Origin: an uncultured bacterium
Lineage (GTDB): Bacteria; Hydrothermota; Tepidihabitantia; B3-TA06; CAYQJV01
Direction: 5' to 3'
DNA: 34,073 nt
NCBI GenBank assembly: GCA_964623485.1
Contig: CAZUTC010000002.1
Span: 1-34,073, forward strand
Positions 1-7,432 of the stretch are shown one piece after another. Numbering within the stretch: position 1 is the stretch's first letter; each line of letters opens with the position of its first letter. The notes under the pieces were generated by a model that worked only from the letters and a program-made list of their open reading frames with translations, ran no database searches and was not told where the DNA came from. The position numbers were made by a program, and so were the translations under genes.

Positions 1-1
1 C

Positions 2-1189
2 CATCTTTGCATATCAGGGGATGGGGTGTATGTGGTGTGGGAGGATTATAGGGCATGGAATTCAGAAGGTATTGGGATGGTATATATGCAAAGAGTTACA
101 CTTGACGGTGATATATGCTGGGATAAAGAAGGAATTAAGTTAAGTCTAATGAATGCGTGGCATGGTTCTCCCAAGATTCTTTCTGCCTTTCAAAATGGAG
201 CATGTATGTTTTGGAAGGAATATCCTGATAATTATATGATAGTAAGAGGACAGAGAGTTGACTCTTTGGGGAATTTTTTATGGGGTGATACAGGTATAGT
301 AATAATTTCGTATGGTTCTTCTATGAATTTATCAACGGGCAATTATCGGGATCCTTTTTATGTTGGATATGATGGAAAAGGGAATATAATTGTTTCTCAT
401 TTCATGCGTGCTCAGAAGGTAAATATGTTGGGAGAGTTATTGTGGGAGGGTGGATATGAGATAAAGGATTATCCTTATCGGTGTGCTGATGGAAATGGAG
501 GGTTATTTATTTTTACGAGCACTAATGACTTTTTTGAATATCCCAGGATAATGGTGGCGCATTATGATTCTTTATGCTTAGAGGATTGGGATAAGATGGT
601 ATGGCAGGGTGAGTATGCGGATTCAAATGATACGGAGATGTATATTTCATCCTCACTTACCGGGAGTGATAGGGCGCTTATAATAGGATGGGATTATTAC
701 AGGACGGGGAGTATATTGATGATGAAGATAGACAGGGATGGGAATTCTTTATGGGGTGGTGCTGTTGAGGTTTCAAAAGGAGGGGATTTTGTAAGGGATT
801 TGATGAATACAAGAGTTATAGGGTATAGAGGTGGGGGGATAATAGTGTGGCAGGAAAAGAGGTATGGAGATATGGATATATTTGCTGGTTATGTAGATTC
901 TACAGGTAATGTAGTGGGTATTGAAGAGAGGGAAGAGAAACCTGAATTTAAGATAGAAAGTTTAATAGTATCTGATTGGGTTAGGATAAAGTTTTTTAGA
1001 GGGATGGAGAATGTTAGGATTACTTTATATTCTATTGACGGAAGGAGGATAAGGGAGGTTTTTAGGGGTGGTGTGAGGTCTGGGGAGTTGAGGATTCCTT
1101 TATCTTCATTACCTTCTGGGGTGTATTTTTTAAATATATTTAATGGTGATAGAGAGGTTGTGAAGAAGGTGTTAAAGGTAAGGAGGTGA
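2..1189 (+). CDS. L-type secreted repeat (beta-propeller-like) protein with T9SS-type C-terminal sorting domain; 5' end outside window
   Basis: The frame is open from nt 2 (..ISGDGVYVVWEDYR), so the GTG at 26 is only the first in-window start. It carries recurring W-x-D-Y-R ... IY-x-Q-[KR]-V-D-x-x-G-x-x-x-W units. The last ~80 aa (about 941-1186: RITLYSIDGRRIREVF...SGVYFLNIF...KKVLKVRR) fit the T9SS/Por CTD pattern. Stop TGA is at 1187-1189. Confidence 0.8.
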   Translation, partial: HLCISGDGVYVVWEDYRAWNSEGIGMVYMQRVTLDGDICWDKEGIKLSLMNAWHGSPKILSAFQNGACMFWKEYPDNYMIVRGQRVDSLGNFLWGDTGIVIISYGSSMNLSTGNYRDPFYVGYDGKGNIIVSHFMRAQKVNMLGELLWEGGYEIKDYPYRCADGNGGLFIFTSTNDFFEYPRIMVAHYDSLCLEDWDKMVWQGEYADSNDTEMYISSSLTGSDRALIIGWDYYRTGSILMMKIDRDGNSLWGGAVEVSKGGDFVRDLMNTRVIGYRGGGIIVWQEKRYGDMDIFAGYVDSTGNVVGIEEREEKPEFKIESLIVSDWVRIKFFRGMENVRITLYSIDGRRIREVFRGGVRSGELRIPLSSLPSGVYFLNIFNGDREVVKKVLKVRR

Positions 1190-1192
1190 AAG

Positions 1193-1564
1193 ATGAGAGT
1201 GATAGTGATAATGTTTTCTGTGGTAGCCCTTTTATATGGAGGGCGTGTGAATCAAGAAACACAGGGGATGCAGTTATTTCCGAAGATAGCGAGGATAGGG
1301 AATGATGAATACATAGTTGTATGGGAGGACACAAGGAATGGGAGTGTGGAAATATATGCACAAAAGATAGATGGAAATGGGAATCCGCAATGGAATGAGG
1401 ATAAGGTGTTATCACAGGGAAGTGAGCCTTCCTATCAGGGTTTCATAGGTCATAGGATGGTATCAAGATTGGTAGGGAGTGGAAATCAGGGGATAGTAGG
1501 GTATGTGAATTATGCTGATGTAACAGAGACTTATAAAAAAAGGGGTATATGCCAGAGGGACTAA
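1193..1564 (+). CDS. S-type paralogue S1, N-terminal fragment (reading frame broken after an A7G4 run)
   Basis: ATG 1193 follows AGGAGG (1181-1186). The N-terminus is signal-like (MRVIVIMFSVVALLYG). It contains the repeat IVVWEDTRNGSVEIYAQKIDGNGNPQW. It is collinear with the N-termini of S2 (3454-4215) and S3 (5863-7422). The frame ends at TAA 1562-1564, just after A7 (1535-1541) and G4 (1542-1545). Confidence 0.7.
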   Translation: MRVIVIMFSVVALLYGGRVNQETQGMQLFPKIARIGNDEYIVVWEDTRNGSVEIYAQKIDGNGNPQWNEDKVLSQGSEPSYQGFIGHRMVSRLVGSGNQGIVGYVNYADVTETYKKRGICQRD

Positions 1565-1859
1565 TTGGGGGAATCCGGTTCTCATTACCTCAACAGTTAC
1601 AGAGGATTATGCTTTATGTGAAGATGGAAATGGTGGGGCAGTGTTTGTATGGGTGGCAAAGTCAGGGAGTGAATATTATTTGAAGGCGAGGCATTTGAAT
1701 GCTGATGGTGGGGATGTTTGGAATAATCCTGGGTGGGAAGACCCTCATGTCGCTGTGCTTCATACCGTCTCTAATGTGTTTGAACACCCGAAGGTGGTCC
1801 AAAAGCTTAACTTTTTAGGGAATAAATATAAAATTTTATTAGGTAGGAGGTCATTATGA
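1524..1859 (+). pseudogene. S1 C-terminal remainder in the +1 frame (frameshifted S-type paralogue)
   Basis: The frame of the 1641 ORF is open back to 1524. It continues the S-type homology (..KGVYAR..FVWVAKSGSEYYLKARHLNADGGDVW..HPKVVQKLNFLGNKYKILLGRRSL, the same tail as S2). Deleting one nt in 1535-1545 fuses 1193-1859 into one ~221-aa ORF. Confidence 0.6.
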
Positions 1860-1950
1860 GAAAAATCATTTTATTTTCTCTTTTGCTTTTATCTTTTGGG
1901 TTTAGTTGGGATAAAAATGGAACTCCATTGGTGTATGACCCAGGAGACCA
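1787..1950. repeat. Junction repeat copy 1 (S1 3' end, L1 upstream region, L1 signal peptide)
   Basis: It aligns without indels to 4143-4306, with 12 mismatches in 164 nt counted by hand. The flanks on both sides are diverged. Confidence 0.9.
1806..1834 (+). promoter_or_regulatory. Equivalent putative promoter for L1
   Basis: CTTAAC (1806-1811), N17, TAAAAT (1829-1834). The -35 is weaker than in the L2 copy. Confidence 0.25.
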
Positions 1951-3445
1951 GGAGTTAATTGATGTTAAATTAGTGAACGGTAGGAAGATTGCTATCCTAT
2001 ATTGGGATAGGGTTAAGTTAAATACATTTTTACAAATGGTAGATTTATCTGGAAGTGTAATATTTTCTGAGCCTGTGCAGGTTACCCAGACACTTGGGGC
2101 AGGTAATGAGATGGGGATAGACAAGGATGGCAATATATGGGTGGTGCTTACCAAGGCAGGAGATAAAGATGTGGATGTATGGGTGCAGAAGATAGAGGGT
2201 GGAAGTGGCGAGAGGTTATTTGGAGAGGAAGGAAAGGTGGTGTGCAGTGCGGATGGGAATCAGAGATACCCCCGGCTTGCCCTCTCCCCTGATGGGGGGT
2301 GTTGGGTGGTGTGGCAGGATTATAGGGAAGAAGGAACTTATTTCCCGGATATTTATTGTGCTTATGTCTCTTCTTCGGGCGAGGTGCGGTGGGAAAAGAA
2401 AATAAAGGAACAGTGTTCTCCTATTGGGATAATTCCTTCTAATGAAGGAAGTGCTATCTTGTTGGGGGGAAGATGGGTATGGAAAATAGATAGCACGGGT
2501 AATTTTAGATGGGATTCTTCTGGAGTAGAAATAGAGGGCATGTGGTATCCTATAGATATCATCTCTGACGGAGAGCATGGGGTTATTACTCTTTATGAGG
2601 ATGAAAATTACTGTTTGAGGGTTCAGAAAGTTAATGCCAGTGGTGAGATTTGCTGGGATTCGGGAGGAGTTTTATTGCAAAGCTGGGGAAATATCTCCTT
2701 ACAAATTATCCAAGATGATAAAAGATTTGGAATTTCTACAGATTACAATAAAGGGTGTTTGGTTTCCTCTTATAGGCACTCCTCTCCTGAAGATCACTGG
2801 GTATACCATGTGGACTCATCAGGTGTTAATTTATGGGAAGGAGGGGTGAAGGTTTGGGAATCCTCTGAATATGACGCCACAGGTTACAATCTTTATAGTG
2901 ATGTGACCTATGATTATGGGGGTGGTGGAGTGCTTACTTGGGATGATAAAAGTGATTCCTCTTTAGGTGATATATGGGCTGGAAGGGTGAATGCCTTGGG
3001 TGAGGTGGTATGGGTTAAGGAAGTATGTAAAGCTTGGGATGACCAAATAAATCCCAGGATAATCTCAGTGGACACAAATAAGTTTCTAATATACTGGGAA
3101 GATTATCGGGATGGAGATTGTGACATTTATGCTTCTCTTGTAGATTCTCTGGGTAATGTGCTGGGGATGAAGGAAGTATGTATGGATTTATTTTATCCTG
3201 AATTTGAGATAAGACTACTAAATAAAGGGGTTTTGATAAAGTATTGTATTGAGGGAGGAAACAGAGTTAAGATTTCTGTATACGACATTTTGGGTAGGAG
3301 GAGGAAAGAAGTGTTGAATCGGTGGATGGGAAAGGGGGTGCATAAGGTGGAAGTAGATTTTGGAGAGTTATCTTCTGGTGTGTATTTTGTGAGTTTAAAA
3401 GTAGGTCAAAAAGTTATTACAAAAAAGATTACATGGATAAAATAG
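1856..3445 (+). CDS. L-type secreted repeat protein L1 with T9SS-type CTD
   Basis: AGGAGG is at 1845-1850, and ATG 1856 overlaps the S1 stop (ATGA). Signal peptide MRKIILFSLLLLSFGFS. About 6-7 repeat units are present (CWVVWQDYREEGTYFPDIYCAYVSSSGEVRW; FLIYWEDYRDGDCDIYASLVDSLGNVLG). The CTD lies at about 3192-3442 (VKISVYDILGRRRKEVL...SSGVYFVSLKVGQKVITKKITWIK). Confidence 0.9.
   Translation: MRKIILFSLLLLSFGFSWDKNGTPLVYDPGDQELIDVKLVNGRKIAILYWDRVKLNTFLQMVDLSGSVIFSEPVQVTQTLGAGNEMGIDKDGNIWVVLTKAGDKDVDVWVQKIEGGSGERLFGEEGKVVCSADGNQRYPRLALSPDGGCWVVWQDYREEGTYFPDIYCAYVSSSGEVRWEKKIKEQCSPIGIIPSNEGSAILLGGRWVWKIDSTGNFRWDSSGVEIEGMWYPIDIISDGEHGVITLYEDENYCLRVQKVNASGEICWDSGGVLLQSWGNISLQIIQDDKRFGISTDYNKGCLVSSYRHSSPEDHWVYHVDSSGVNLWEGGVKVWESSEYDATGYNLYSDVTYDYGGGGVLTWDDKSDSSLGDIWAGRVNALGEVVWVKEVCKAWDDQINPRIISVDTNKFLIYWEDYRDGDCDIYASLVDSLGNVLGMKEVCMDLFYPEFEIRLLNKGVLIKYCIEGGNRVKISVYDILGRRRKEVLNRWMGKGVHKVEVDFGELSSGVYFVSLKVGQKVITKKITWIK
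2266..2314. repeat. GC-rich identity island in L1 (encodes YPRLALSPDGGCWVVW)
   Basis: The 49 nt have 1 mismatch against 4652-4700. GC is 33/49 in an AT-rich context. Confidence 0.9.
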
Positions 3446-3453
3446 GAGGAAGT

Positions 3454-4215
3454 ATGAGAGGAATAGTGATAATGTTTTTCCTTATTGTTGGCTTTATAGA
3501 TGCAGATTGGGATGTGAGCATAGCAAATGGGTATCAGTTGTTTCCTAAGGTTGTGTCAGATGGTGCTGGAGGAGTATTTGTGGGATTTTTGGATATGAGG
3601 CAGAGAGGAGGAGGACCTGAAACTTCACATGGATATGAGGTATATTTCCAGCACCTTGACGAGAATGGAAACAGATGGTCTCAGGATGTAATGGTATCTG
3701 AGCCTAAAGGTGGTGAAAAGCATGGGCATAGGTTGAATCATGTAATATGTGAAGGAGAAGAGGGAAAAGTAATTGTATGTTGGATAAATTATCATGATTT
3801 ATCCGGTTTCAGCGGTGATCCAAAAGGTATATATTGCCAGAAAGTAAATATAAGTGGGAATTTATGTTGGGATAGAGACGATAATGTAGGTAACGGAATA
3901 CAACCTATAAAGATAGTGGAAAACATTCTTTTCCCTCCCTCCATCTGCTCTGATGGGGATGGAGGATGTGTGGTGGTGGTAAGAGAAAAAAGATACAATG
4001 CTGGTCTGAAAAAGAATGAGTATAGGATAAGGGCATGGAGAATACTTTCGGATGGAACATTCGCAGATGATCCATACTACCCTGGTTGGAACGGAAAAAC
4101 AGGTATAGAGATTGTCTCCTGGACTACTGAGGTGTTGGGGGACCCGAAGGTGGTTCAAAAGTTTAACTTTTTAGGAAATAAATATAAAATTTTATCAGAT
4201 AGGAGGTCATTATGA
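3454..4215 (+). CDS. S-type paralogue S2: signal-peptide repeat protein without CTD
   Basis: AGGAGG is at 3444-3449, followed by ATG 3454. The ORF-track start 3433 overlaps the L1 stop and lacks an RBS. Signal peptide MRGIVIMFFLIVGF. It shares the FPPSICSDGDGGCVVVVREKRYNAGLKKNE block with S3. Its last 19 aa (QKFNFLGNKYKILSDRRSL) are read from the conserved L-gene upstream region. The stop overlaps the L2 ATG. Confidence 0.85.
   Translation: MRGIVIMFFLIVGFIDADWDVSIANGYQLFPKVVSDGAGGVFVGFLDMRQRGGGPETSHGYEVYFQHLDENGNRWSQDVMVSEPKGGEKHGHRLNHVICEGEEGKVIVCWINYHDLSGFSGDPKGIYCQKVNISGNLCWDRDDNVGNGIQPIKIVENILFPPSICSDGDGGCVVVVREKRYNAGLKKNEYRIRAWRILSDGTFADDPYYPGWNGKTGIEIVSWTTEVLGDPKVVQKFNFLGNKYKILSDRRSL
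3929..4035. repeat. Identity island in S2 (encodes FPPSICSDGDGGCVVVVREKRYNAGLKKNE)
   Basis: 3929-4021 is identical over 93 consecutive nt to 6320-6412. Two mismatches follow, then 12 more identical nt. Confidence 0.95.
4112..4154. repeat. Second S2/S3 conserved segment (VSWTTEVLGDPKVV)
   Basis: The 43 nt have 3 mismatches against 6482-6524. Its 3' end (cccgaaggtggt) is also the start of the S1/S2 junction repeat. Confidence 0.85.
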
Positions 4216-4306
4216 GAAGAATCATTTTATTTTCTCTTTTCCTTGTATCTTTTGGGTTTAGTTGGAATAAAAATGGGACCCCATTGGTGTGTGACCCAGG
4301 AGACCA
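4143..4306. repeat. Junction repeat copy 2 (S2 3' end, L2 upstream region, L2 signal peptide)
   Basis: This is the partner of 1787-1950, at an offset of 2356 nt. Confidence 0.9.
4162..4190 (+). promoter_or_regulatory. Putative sigma70-type promoter for L2 embedded in the S2 3' end
   Basis: TTTAAC (4162-4167), N17, TAAAAT (4185-4190). AGGAGG at 4201-4206 and ATG 4212 follow. It lies inside the conserved junction repeat. Confidence 0.35.
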
Positions 4307-5861
4307 AATAGAACCTATTGTATTAATGCCTCCGGGAAAAGACTATTTTTATCTGGTGTATGTGGATAAAGGAGAAGGAAGTATACAAGGTGAGAGAGTA
4401 TTGAGTGTAAAAGTAGACTTAAAGAGCGGTGATCTTCTATGGGATACTTCTATTAAGGCTTGTAACTCTGACAGTGGAATGTGGCAACCTGATGCCGTGG
4501 TAACAGAGAATGGGGATTTAGTAATTGCTTTTTTAGATGGGAGATTTGGTTATAATAAGTGTAGGCTTTACATCTCTAAAATTAGTGAAGATGGGGAATA
4601 TAAATGGGGAGCAGATGGAGTACCTGTCTGTACTTTGGATAATGTTGCGGCATACCCCCGGCTTGCCCTCTCCCCTGATGGAGGGTGTTGGGTGGTGTGG
4701 AGAGATTATAGACCTGATAGTAGTGGAATATTTGTAAATAGAATAAAAAAAGACGGTACCCCTGTCCAGGAAAATGGAAAATTTATTTTTAGATATGGTT
4801 TTTATCCTCTGGTGGTATCCTCTAATAAATGTGCAATAGTGCTGTGGAAAGGGGAAAAAGATGGCATATCCGGCATTTATGGACAAAGGTTTTATCCTGA
4901 TTTAACTCCCCAGTGGGATTCCGGAGGTAAGCTTATTATATCTTTTTATCAACCTTCTTTAATCCTTGAATCCGAGAGAGAATATCCTTATGCTATTTCT
5001 GACCTCAAAGGAGGCGCTATTATTTATTACGATGTGTATGATACTCTGAATTCGGAAAACCCTTATTATACTTTATTCCAAAGGGTAGATTCTCTGGGAA
5101 ACCTATTATGGAGTGAAATGCCCAAAACTGAAGATGCCTATTATATTGCTTCTGACGATAACTCAGGTGTATTTGTAGTTTGGGGACGCTTACGAAACTG
5201 GGATTATAATTATTCAGAAGTCTATGGCACACATATAGATTCCTCTTCCAATTTTTTATGGGAAAATCCCTTATTGATATGGAAGAGTGATTATTGGGAT
5301 ACCACGGAGTATTGGGTATATCCCACAGCTACTCATGATATGCATGGAGGGGCAATAATTACATGGATTGAGTCTACTGAGGATGGAGATGAGTTATGGG
5401 GATGCAGAGTAGATTCTTCAGGAGATGTTAAATGGAGTAAAATATTAATAGATGACTATTCTGAAAAAAAATATCCCTTGGTGAAGTCGGTGAGTGATAG
5501 TTTATTCCTCATTATTTGGGAGGACTATAGAAGTGAGGATTGTGATATTTATGGCTTAGTGGTTACTCTTAATGGAGAGGTGGTGGGGATAAAAGAGAGT
5601 AAAGAGAGCAAAGATTTATTAAGTTTCAATTCCTTGATTACCAATGGCATATTAAAGATAAAAGGTGATTTAGGAAGGGGTATAAGAATAGAGTTATATG
5701 ATGTTTTGGGCAGGAAGGTAAGGTCTTTTGAGGGGAGGTTCAGAGGTGGTGAGGTATTAATTAATCTTGAGAGGTTTTGTCTCTCGGATGGAGTGTATTT
5801 TATTGTTTTGCAAGATAAAAGTTATGTAAAGGTAGGGAAGATAATAAAAATAAGGAGGTAG
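4212..5861 (+). CDS. L-type secreted repeat protein L2 with T9SS-type CTD
   Basis: AGGAGG is at 4201-4206, followed by ATG 4212. The signal peptide MRRIILFSLFLVSFGFS is nearly identical to that of L1. It has YPRLALSPDGGCWVVWRDYR and FLIIWEDYRSEDCDIYGLVVTLNGEVVG units. The CTD lies at about 5616-5858 (IRIELYDVLGRKVRSF...DGVYFIVLQDKSYVKVGKIIKIRR). Confidence 0.9.
   Translation: MRRIILFSLFLVSFGFSWNKNGTPLVCDPGDQIEPIVLMPPGKDYFYLVYVDKGEGSIQGERVLSVKVDLKSGDLLWDTSIKACNSDSGMWQPDAVVTENGDLVIAFLDGRFGYNKCRLYISKISEDGEYKWGADGVPVCTLDNVAAYPRLALSPDGGCWVVWRDYRPDSSGIFVNRIKKDGTPVQENGKFIFRYGFYPLVVSSNKCAIVLWKGEKDGISGIYGQRFYPDLTPQWDSGGKLIISFYQPSLILESEREYPYAISDLKGGAIIYYDVYDTLNSENPYYTLFQRVDSLGNLLWSEMPKTEDAYYIASDDNSGVFVVWGRLRNWDYNYSEVYGTHIDSSSNFLWENPLLIWKSDYWDTTEYWVYPTATHDMHGGAIITWIESTEDGDELWGCRVDSSGDVKWSKILIDDYSEKKYPLVKSVSDSLFLIIWEDYRSEDCDIYGLVVTLNGEVVGIKESKESKDLLSFNSLITNGILKIKGDLGRGIRIELYDVLGRKVRSFEGRFRGGEVLINLERFCLSDGVYFIVLQDKSYVKVGKIIKIRR
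4652..4700. repeat. GC-rich identity island in L2
   Basis: This is the partner of 2266-2314, at an offset of 2386 nt. Confidence 0.9.
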
Positions 5862-5862
5862 T

Positions 5863-7422
5863 ATGAGGTATTTAGGGGTATTAGTGGTGTTTATTTCCTT
5901 TGGGGTTGCGGATGTAGATGTGTGTAATGCTTCTGGTTTACAATTATTTCCTGAAATTGTTAAATCTGGTTCAAGGGTGTATGCGTGCTGGATAGATAAT
6001 AGGGACGGTCCTTACGAAGTGTATGTACAGAAGATAACCGAGGATTTGGAGATGGAGTGGGGTAATGGAATAAGAGTATCAAGGACTCCTCATGATTCTT
6101 CTGACCATGCGTTATGGAATGGGCATAGACTGCATCAGAAGGTAATTTCTTCAATAAAGGGTTTGGATGAGGGAATAATAGTTACATGGGTGAATTACCA
6201 TAGGCTTAAAGGAGGTAAATATAGTCCTGGGATTTACCTGATAAGGATAACATCTTCAGGTATTTTTGACCCTGATTGGCCTGGTAAGGGCGATTCAACA
6301 CTTTTTATTTCTTCCTCCATTTTCCCTCCCTCCATCTGCTCTGATGGGGATGGAGGATGTGTGGTGGTGGTAAGAGAAAAAAGATACAATGCTGGTCTGA
6401 AAAAGAATGAGTGCAGGATAAGGGCAAAGAAATTGGATTCTAAAGGAAGAGATTTTCCTCCTTATGGATGGACAGTAGATGTTGTCTCCTGGACTACTGA
6501 GGTTCTGGGAGACCCGAAGGTGGTAAAGGTAGGGAATAAAGTAATGGTTTGTTGGTGCAGTGTGGATGCAATATACCAATCCGAAGGTTCTGATGAGTAC
6601 ACACGCTTTTATGCAAGAACAATCTCTCTTTCCTCTGGAGTTATGAGTAATCCTTTAACCATTGAAAAAAAACATAATAAACCTGATGAAAATGGCGTAG
6701 TGAAATATTACTGGGATATCCTTGATTTTGATTTAAAAGCAAGGGATAATGGAACAGTATATGTAGGAGCAAGATGGGCATATAGACAAAAACGAACAGA
6801 CTTGACATATACTACCAAGGCAAAAGGATTAATGGTGAAACTCTATAAAATATCTCTTGGAAGCAATAATGTTGAAAAGAAGCTGGTAAGTGGATATAAC
6901 ATAAACTATGATGAAGAAATAATTGACAATGCGGTTGTCATGCCTATAGAACAGATGCCCATAAGACCTGCTGTGCTTGCATTAAGAGATGAAGGCGGAG
7001 TAATTGTTCACCCAGAAGGAAGAAATTCACCCTCCAATAATAGTGATACCACCAGAACATGGGGTATAAAGGTTGTTTATTTTGAAGAAAATTTAAACCT
7101 CTATTCTCCTTACTATTATGGATGGCATGCCCATCTTCCGGATATAATAGGAATCGGGAACAAAAGTATACTGGTATACAGTGAGCATAACTCTTCTGAC
7201 TTTTCAGGAGATATGGATGCTAAGATAAAGGTATTGAAACTTGATGAGGATGGAAATGATTCCCTTGAATGGCACACCTCCTCCATCACCCCTAAGAGTT
7301 CACCAAAAATAATAAAATCTGATGATTCTCACTGTATCATTGTATGGGATGAAAAGAATAGCTCCACTGAATGGGATATAAAAGCAGTAAGGCTAAACAT
7401 AGAGGATTTATGGTCTGAGTAA
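5863..7422 (+). CDS. S-type paralogue S3, long form (519 aa, no CTD)
   Basis: AGGAGG is at 5853-5858, followed by ATG 5863. Signal peptide MRYLGVLVVFISFG. The first ~230 aa are collinear with S2, including a 93-nt identical block. After ..TTEVLGDPKVV it continues in frame (KVGNKVMVCW...) for ~290 more aa instead of ending. Confidence 0.9.
   Translation: MRYLGVLVVFISFGVADVDVCNASGLQLFPEIVKSGSRVYACWIDNRDGPYEVYVQKITEDLEMEWGNGIRVSRTPHDSSDHALWNGHRLHQKVISSIKGLDEGIIVTWVNYHRLKGGKYSPGIYLIRITSSGIFDPDWPGKGDSTLFISSSIFPPSICSDGDGGCVVVVREKRYNAGLKKNECRIRAKKLDSKGRDFPPYGWTVDVVSWTTEVLGDPKVVKVGNKVMVCWCSVDAIYQSEGSDEYTRFYARTISLSSGVMSNPLTIEKKHNKPDENGVVKYYWDILDFDLKARDNGTVYVGARWAYRQKRTDLTYTTKAKGLMVKLYKISLGSNNVEKKLVSGYNINYDEEIIDNAVVMPIEQMPIRPAVLALRDEGGVIVHPEGRNSPSNNSDTTRTWGIKVVYFEENLNLYSPYYYGWHAHLPDIIGIGNKSILVYSEHNSSDFSGDMDAKIKVLKLDEDGNDSLEWHTSSITPKSSPKIIKSDDSHCIIVWDEKNSSTEWDIKAVRLNIEDLWSE
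6320..6426. repeat. Identity island in S3
   Basis: This is the partner of 3929-4035, at an offset of 2391 nt. Confidence 0.95.
6482..6524. repeat. Second S2/S3 conserved segment, S3 copy
   Basis: This is the partner of 4112-4154. Confidence 0.85.
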
Positions 7423-7432
7423 GGAGGTGAAT

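Noticed and set aside
3433-3453. These are the ORF-track start codons 3433 (S2), 7427 (X), 31318 (lipoprotein), 31743 (lipoprotein-like) and 22500 (OMP-like).
   Set aside because: Each lies inside the preceding gene or a promoter hexamer and lacks an RBS. Downstream ATGs (3454, 7433, 31246, 31737, 22533) give proper SD spacing or ATGA coupling and begin directly with the signal peptide.
3938-3965. An inverted repeat CCTCCATC (3938-3945) / GATGGAGG (3958-3965) sits inside the S2/S3 identity island, and there is a C-run/TGAT/G-run in the L island. These could be a hairpin or G-rich structural element explaining the conservation.
   Set aside because: The stem is only 8 bp with a 12-nt loop. The analogous L2 copy breaks the pairing (GGAGGG). 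The arms correspond to codons of the conserved PPSI/DGG motif. It is not convincing without folding calculations or covariation.
2199-4737. The plus-strand alternate-frame ORFs 2199-2405 and 4537-4737 share TPGLPSPLM.GVGWCG, which could be read as a conserved overlapping gene.
   Set aside because: Conservation is confined to the 49-nt identity island. Outside it the two ORFs are unrelated, so it is a by-product of DNA identity.
1787-6426. The conserved blocks between paralogues could be a diversity-generating retroelement (template/variable repeat pair).
   Set aside because: No reverse transcriptase is in the window. The 12 mismatches in the 164-nt repeat are a mix of transitions and transversions at all four bases, not adenine-specific. 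The blocks are not at a C-terminal variable region.
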